Below are positions 58,687 to 64,000 of a stretch of DNA of 64,000 bases, in pieces. The translations under genes were made by a program, and so were the position numbers. The notes below the pieces were generated by a model. The model was not told where the DNA came from, did not search any database, and saw nothing but the letters and a program-made list of their open reading frames with translations. The DNA is from Scenedesmus sp. PABB004 (Eukaryota). Numbering within the stretch: the stretch's first letter is position 1; every line of letters begins with the position of its first letter. Where the stretch lies: NCBI GenBank assembly GCA_014905635.1, contig JABVCE010000002.1, positions 1,674,001 through 1,738,000 of the forward strand, written 5' to 3'.

Positions 58687-60132
58687 TCGGCGGCGCGGGG
58701 CGCTGCCAGGGCGCACGGCCCGCACCGGGCAGGCCCGCGGCCTGCGCCTCCGGGTCGAGGCAGTTGCCGCCGGAGCCGTCCTGGCGGTATGCCGCGACCG
58801 GGGGCGTGTCAAACGCCACGTACCAGGCCCGCAGCATCGTGCGCCGGTCGTACGCCTGCAGCGAGTTGTCGCTGCCCACAACGAGGCGCAGCAGCCCTGC
58901 GGGCGCGGCGCGGCGCGGCGCGGAAGGTCGGCAGACGAGGCCGCCGCCGCCGCGGTTCGGCGTTCTGTTCTCTCTCTCTCTCTCGCGCGCGCGGCCGCCG
59001 GCGCCGCGCAGCGCCAGCGCACCCGCGCCGCCGCCGCGGTGCGGCGCGCGCGCGCTCTCGCTGGGCGGCACGTCGCCCGCGAGGAAGTCGCGCAGGCGGG
59101 TGGGCTCGTCAGGGGGGATCATGAACAGACGGCTGAAGGTCGCGTTCCACGTCTCGCTGCGGCTCTCCACGCGCAGGCTGCGCACGACGTAGTCCTGCCG
59201 CCCAAGCAGCAGCAGGTGCTCGCGCGGCACGCCGAGCGACAGCCCTGCGGCGCGGCGGCCGGCGCGCGGACGGGCGTGGGGGGCGCCGGGGCTGCCGCCG
59301 CCCGGCCGCGCCGCGCCGCACCGCGCCGCGCCGCGCCGCGCCGTGCCGCTGCTGGCTGCAGCCGCCGCGCCCCGCACCCAGCGAGCCGGTGTGGTCCTCA
59401 AGCGACTCGTCGGCGTTGCTGATGGCGGACAGCCCCCGCCCGCTGCGCGCGTCGACCACAAAGACCTTGCTCTCGCGCCGCCCCAGGATGATGGAGCCGT
59501 CGGCGGTCATGCTCGGCGCCGCCTCCACCAGCTCGGGCAGCGAGATGGGCAGGCGCTGCGCGCGCGCCGCCGCGGCGACGGCGGGGCGGGTCACACCCAC
59601 CCTGGGGCGAGCGCCGCACGGCGCGGCGCGGCGCGCGGGGGCGCGCCTCCGCCGCCGCCGCCGCGCGCTGCCCGCCTTCCGCCGCCGCGCGCCGCACCTC
59701 CAGCCCCGGGGTGAGGTGCTTCACGCCGTGGTACGCATACAGCCCGCCGTCGGTGCCGGGGAACACGTTGCTGCCGTGGCTGGGCGCCGTCGCCTGGCGC
59801 GCCGACACGAGCGGCGCGCCGGTGTCGTACGTCCACAGTATGCGGCCCGTCGTGTGGTCCAGCGCCACGACGTGCCCGTCCAGCAGCGTCACCAGCAGCA
59901 CGTCCGCCGAGCTGCGCGCACGAAGGCGGCGGCTCAGCGGCGGCGCGCGGCGCGGCAGCAGCAGGGACGGCGCTGCCAGGCCGTCGCACGGCGCCGGCGC
60001 GCACCTCGGGGCGCCGCGCGGCACCAGCTGCAGCCCCGTCGCTGGCTCCAGGTCGCCGCCCGCCGCCAGCGCCGCCGCCAGGGCCAGCAGCAGCGCCCAG
60101 GCGGCGGCGCGGGCCGCGCCGCGTCGCCTCAT
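54593..60132 (-). CDS. IRE1: ER-stress sensor kinase/endoribonuclease IRE1 with C-terminal tandem CCCH zinc fingers
   Basis: Nine exons. Signal peptide; luminal domain ([48 protein letters not shown]); TM segment [17 protein letters not shown]; kinase [57 protein letters not shown] RNase [26 protein letters not shown]; two C-x8-C-x5-C-x3-H fingers. Confidence 0.95.
56248..56328. repeat. (GCCGCGT)n heptamer repeat in an IRE1 intron
   Basis: About 9-10 tandem copies. Confidence 0.85.
58593..58685 (-). repeat. Coding (GGC)n tract, about 31 Gly, in the IRE1 luminal domain
   Basis: Uninterrupted ccg repeat on the + strand, lying in frame within exon 58896-57995. Confidence 0.9.
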
Positions 60133-60898
60133 GCTGCTGCCCCGGCCCTGCCGGCGTGCCGCATCGCGGCGGCGGTCAGGCGCGGTGCTGGAACGGCCTG
60201 GACGCGGCGTGGGCGCGTCTGGCGCGGCTCAGGCCCGGTCTGCGCGCCAAGGGCCGGCTGGCAGCGCTTCGGCAGGCTCTCGAAGCGTGGCGCGCGGGGC
60301 GATGGACGCAGCCGCTGGGGCGGGCTGTCGGCGGTTGCGTGCGCGCGGGAGCCGGGGGATCCCGGGACCTGGGGCTTGCGCCGCTCTGGGCCCTGAACAC
60401 TTGGCTTGCTGCTGCCTTTTTGCCAGCCCTGGCAGCCCGGCTCATCCGCCGGCGTCCCGCGCACCACGCACCACCCGCACGCAGCTGTCTCCACCCTGTG
60501 CAGGCAGGCCGGCCGCTCGACGCCCCCTCCGGCCGCAGCAGCAGCGCGCAATCGCCGCCGCCGCCGACCCGGCCGCCGCTCGTCTCTGCCTGCCCTGCGG
60601 CTAGCGCTGTCCCGGGTGGCGTTGGGCGTCGTCGTTGGCTTGCCGCAGCGCGGCTGATCAGCGGCGCAGGTGCGGTGTGGCGGCAGCGGCGGCAGCGGCT
60701 GCGGCGCAGCAGCGGCCCCGCCTGTGCGGCCCGCCCCCTCACGCCCTCCCCGCGCCCCCGCTCGCCGGCCCCAGCCCCGGCAGCAGGCGCGGCGCCGTCC
60801 AGCGCCGCCGGCGCGGCGCGGCGGGGGGCGGCGGCCCGGGCGCCGGCACGGCCGCAGCAGCAGCAGCGCGCGCGGTCCGCGCCGCGGCGCGCGGCGCG

Positions 60899-61408
60899 AT
60901 GAACCAGCCGGACCGCTACTCGCGCTTCGTGCTGCCCGAGGGCGCGGCCAAGGTGGAGTACCACCTGGACACGAAGAACAAGAACGCGGGGCACTACGTC
61001 GTGCGCCTGGAGGACCACACGCTCGGCAACCTGCTGCGCACGTCGCTGCACCGCGACGAGGCGGTCGTGTTTGCCGGGTACCGCATCCCCCACCCGCTCG
61101 ACCCGCTCATGGTCGTGCGCGTGCAGACGACCGACGCAAAGGCCCCGCAGGACGCGATGGCCCACGCGCTCGCCGACCTCAAGGCCGAGGTCGCGGAGCT
61201 CAAGGCGAGCCTGGAGGCGCAGGTGCCGCGCGGCGCAGCGGGCGCCTACGCCGGCGCGGCGGCGCCGCCGCCGCCCGGGCCCGGCGGCTACGGCCCGCCG
61301 CCGGGCGCTGGGGGGTACGACCCCTACAGCGCCGCGCCGCCGCCGGCGCCCGGCGGCGGCGGCATGTACATGCCCGGCCAGGCGCCGCCGGGCGGCTTCT
61401 ACGGCTGA
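60899..61408 (+). CDS. RPB11: RNA polymerase II subunit RPB11 with a Gly/Pro/Tyr-rich C-terminal extension
   Basis: Single exon. Motifs MNQPDRYSRFVLPEG, EDHTLGNLLR, VVFAGYRIPHPL, VRVQTT. TGTAA at 61445-61449. Confidence 0.93.
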   Translation: MNQPDRYSRFVLPEGAAKVEYHLDTKNKNAGHYVVRLEDHTLGNLLRTSLHRDEAVVFAGYRIPHPLDPLMVVRVQTTDAKAPQDAMAHALADLKAEVAELKASLEAQVPRGAAGAYAGAAAPPPPGPGGYGPPPGAGGYDPYSAAPPPAPGGGGMYMPGQAPPGGFYG

Positions 61409-61483
61409 GGCCGCGCGCGGGCGGGCGCGGCGCGGCGCGGCGGCTGTAACGAGCAGTCACACCAGGCCAGGGGCGGCCGCCGC

Positions 61484-62602
61484 TCAGCCCGGCGGCGCCT
61501 GCGCGGCGCCGGCGCGTGCTTCCAGCGCCGCGAGCCGCGACTCCAGCCGCCCCACGCCGGCCAGCAGCTGCCCGCCGAGCGCGTCCAGCCTGGCATCGAC
61601 CCGCGCCTCCAGCCGGTCCAGCCGCGCCTCCAGCCGCGCCACCGCCGCCAGCACCGCCTCGTCGCCTCCGCCGGCGGCGCCGTCCGCGGGCGGTCCAGGC
61701 GCCGCCGCGCCGCGCAGGCCTGGGAGCGCGGGGCCCTCGGCGCCGGCGTGGGCCGTGCTGCTGCGTCGCTGCTCCCGCTGCCCCGCGGCCTGCTGCTGCG
61801 CCTGCAGCAGCGCGCCCTTGGCCAGCAGCGCCGAGAGCGACTTGATCGCCGCGGCGCCCCCGCCGGGCGTCGGCTGCGCCGCCGCCTTGCTCTGCAGCAG
61901 CCGCAGCGACTCTGGGAGCGCCTGCGCATCGCCTGGATGCGCATGCAGCAGCGACGCGTTGAGCAGCCTCAGCTCGTCCACCTGCGACATCAGCGCGCCC
62001 GCCGGCCTCCCGGCGCCGCCGCCGCCGCCCTCCGGCCCGGCCGTGGCCGCCGCGTCGCTGGGCGGCAGCGCCGCCAGCGCCCAGAGCGTGCAGGCGTCCT
62101 TGTCGCCCTGCAGCGACGCCAGCCTGAGCTCCAGCCGCTCCCACGTGCTGTGCAGCAGCTGGCGGTTGCCGCGGGGCGCGGCGCGTCGGCGCCGACCCAC
62201 GGTGCCAGCCCCGCGCGCGGCGCGGCGGCCGGGCTGCTGCTCCCCGGCGCACCGGCTCACCTGCAGGTCGACCACCACCTCAAAGCCCTGCGGCCCGGGC
62301 GCGCCGCGCAGCGTGGTGATGTAGGCCGCCGCGCCGCCGCTGGCCGGCGTCGCGGCGGCGACCTCGCACACGCGCGCGCTGCTCACGACCGCGAGCGCGC
62401 CGTCGCAGCCCTGCAGCGCCGCCCGCCGCAGCGTGACCACGCACGGCCCCGCCCCAGCCGGCCGCGCCAGCACCGCCAGCGGCGCGCCCGCTGCCGCCGG
62501 CAGCGGCGCGTCCGCAGCGCGCAGCGGCAGCACCGGCGGCAGCCCGCCCGCCGCCGCCGGCCAGGTGCTGCTCAAGGGGTTTGGCTGCTCCGGCGCCGCC
62601 AT
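61484..62602 (-). CDS. Hypothetical protein, possibly PAAT/C10orf88-like, with C-terminal coiled coil
   Basis: Exons 62602-62261 and 62158-61484 (102-nt in-frame intron). [24 protein letters not shown] recalls the SSARxxE..YxxTxRG..LLS pattern of that family. Coiled coil [19 protein letters not shown]. Confidence 0.6.
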   Translation of the reverse strand: MAAPEQPNPLSSTWPAAAGGLPPVLPLRAADAPLPAAAGAPLAVLARPAGAGPCVVTLRRAALQGCDGALAVVSSARVCEVAAATPASGGAAAYITTLRGAPGPQGFEVVVDLQVSRCAGEQQPGRRAARGAGTVGRRRRAAPRGNRQLLHSTWERLELRLASLQGDKDACTLWALAALPPSDAAATAGPEGGGGGAGRPAGALMSQVDELRLLNASLLHAHPGDAQALPESLRLLQSKAAAQPTPGGGAAAIKSLSALLAKGALLQAQQQAAGQREQRRSSTAHAGAEGPALPGLRGAAAPGPPADGAAGGGDEAVLAAVARLEARLDRLEARVDARLDALGGQLLAGVGRLESRLAALEARAGAAQAPPG

Positions 62603-62888
62603 GGCTCGCTGGGCGGCGGACTGCGGCGGCGGACTGCGGCGGCTCGGGCGGCGCGCGCGGCAGCAGCGGCGCGCGCCGTCAGGCGTCGCGCGGTTCACCG
62701 GCCCACCGCTGCGCCTGCTCCCGCCCAGGGGGCAGGCCCTGCCCCCCGGACGAGCACAAGCCGCCGCCCAGCGCTCGCCGTGCGCCCGGGGCCGCTGCAG
62801 CCCGTCGATCGCAGCCCCCCCTCCCGCGCGGCCGCGCAGCCTCCCGTGGCCCTGGCGCGGGCCTGAGCGCCTGCTCGCTGCGAGCGCC

Positions 62889-64000
62889 ATGCTGGGCAGC
62901 GGCGTGCGGGGCGTCTCGCGCTGGGCGCGGGGCCTCCGCGGCCTGCGCACCAGCGCTGCTGCCGCGCAGCAGGCCGCGCCGGCGGCGGACACGATCGAGG
63001 TGTTCGTGAATGACGAGCCGGTGAACATCCCCAAGGGCTCCAGCGTGCTGCAGGCCTGCGATGCAGCGGGCGTGGACATCCCTCGGTGCGGCCCCCGCCC
63101 AGCAGCGCCGCCCGCGCCGCGATCCACGCGGCCTCACGCCTCCGGGACCCCGCCCCGCAGGTTCTGCTACCACCACCGGCTCTCAATTGCCGGCAACTGC
63201 CGCATGTGCCTCGTCGAGGTGCGCCGCTGCCGCCGCTGCTGCTGCAGCGCCGCCGCTGCCGCTGCCGCCGCACCCGCACCCGGCGGGCGCGCGGCGCGTG
63301 CGGCGCGGCGCTCGAGCCCGCTGTGGCCTGCCCGCAGGTTGAGAAGAGCCCCAAGCCGGTCGCGTCGTGCGCGATGCCGGCGGGGCCGGGCATGAAGATC
63401 AAGACGGACACGCCGCTGGTCAAGAAGGCGCGCGAGGGCGTCATGGAGTTCCTGCTCGTGAGACACCCGCGGCGGCGGCACGCGCGCGGCGGCCCGCGCG
63501 CGGCGGCGCAGCGCGGGCAGCGATCTGCGGCGGGGACGGCAGGCCGGCGGCGCCGGAGCGCGGCCGCGGCGCTGACGCCGCCGCCCCACGCGCGCCGCAT
63601 GCGCGCCGCAGATCAACCACCCGCTGGACTGCCCCATCTGCGACCAGGGCGGCGAGTGCGACCTGCAGGACCAGGTGGGCCGGCGCGGCGCGCGCGCCGA
63701 GCCCCGCCCCGCCCCGCGTGCTGGTGCCAGGGCGAGCGGCCGACCCCCGCGCGCGCCGCGCCGCCGCCAGGCCATGGTGTTTGGCAGCGACCGCAGCCGC
63801 TTTGTGGAGGTGAAGCGCGCGGTGGACGACAAGAACCTGGGCCCGCTGGTCAAGACGGTCATGACGCGCTGCATCCACTGCACGCGGTGCGGCGCGCCGC
63901 GGCGGGGCGCAGCCGCGCCGGCAGCGGCAGCCGCGCCGGCGGCAGCCCGCGCGGCGCGCGCTCGCGCGCTCACGCGCCGGCCGGCCCCGCGCGCGCGCGG
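62889..64000 (+). CDS. NDUFS1: NADH:ubiquinone oxidoreductase 75 kDa Fe-S subunit, 3' partial
   Basis: Exons 62889-63085, 63161-63218, 63338-63457, 63612-63674, 63770-63886, continuing past the window. Mitochondrial presequence; motifs [63 protein letters not shown]. Confidence 0.96.

Noticed and set aside
59023..59062. Possible GC donor without an exonic AG in IRE1 exon 3
   Set aside because: A canonical phase-1 G|GTGCGC donor at about 59022 joins the next exon in frame.
1..64000. tRNA, rRNA or other structured RNA genes; alternative genetic code
   Set aside because: None recognisable by eye (a covariance-model scan was not run). The intact models translate cleanly with the standard code and end at TGA or TAG.

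Overview
Very GC-rich, intron-rich eukaryotic nuclear DNA. Short spliceosomal introns, CTGAC/CTCAC branch points and TGTAA poly(A) signals point to a chlorophyte green alga, probably Sphaeropleales (inference). The left arm holds 11 single-copy genes: EFL1 (5' partial), a DUF212 protein, a Rubisco-LSMT-like SET protein, a METTL21-like methyltransferase, a Cys-rich surface protein, AAPT/EPT, HUS1, IQ-BAG, a class II DnaJ, an ankyrin-RING protein and a class I methyltransferase. The right arm holds a coiled-coil pseudogene, a CDCA7-like zf-4CXXC_R1 gene, an ankyrin-kinase-U-box gene, IRE1 with tandem CCCH fingers, RPB11, a PAAT/C10orf88-like gene and the 5' part of NDUFS1. The standout is a ~20 kb tandem array (~25.3-45.6 kb) of five copies of an unannotated ~251-aa secreted glycoprotein. 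Its Cys/strand/helix pattern resembles a single BPI/LBP/PLUNC (TULIP) domain. The copies are mosaic and diverge mainly in the mature protein. They are separated by ~3 kb spacers bounded by long inverted repeats and carrying inward-pointing gene relics. About 15 of the ~80 introns traced by hand use GC donors. All gene models were spliced by eye, and family assignments rest on recalled motifs, not database searches.
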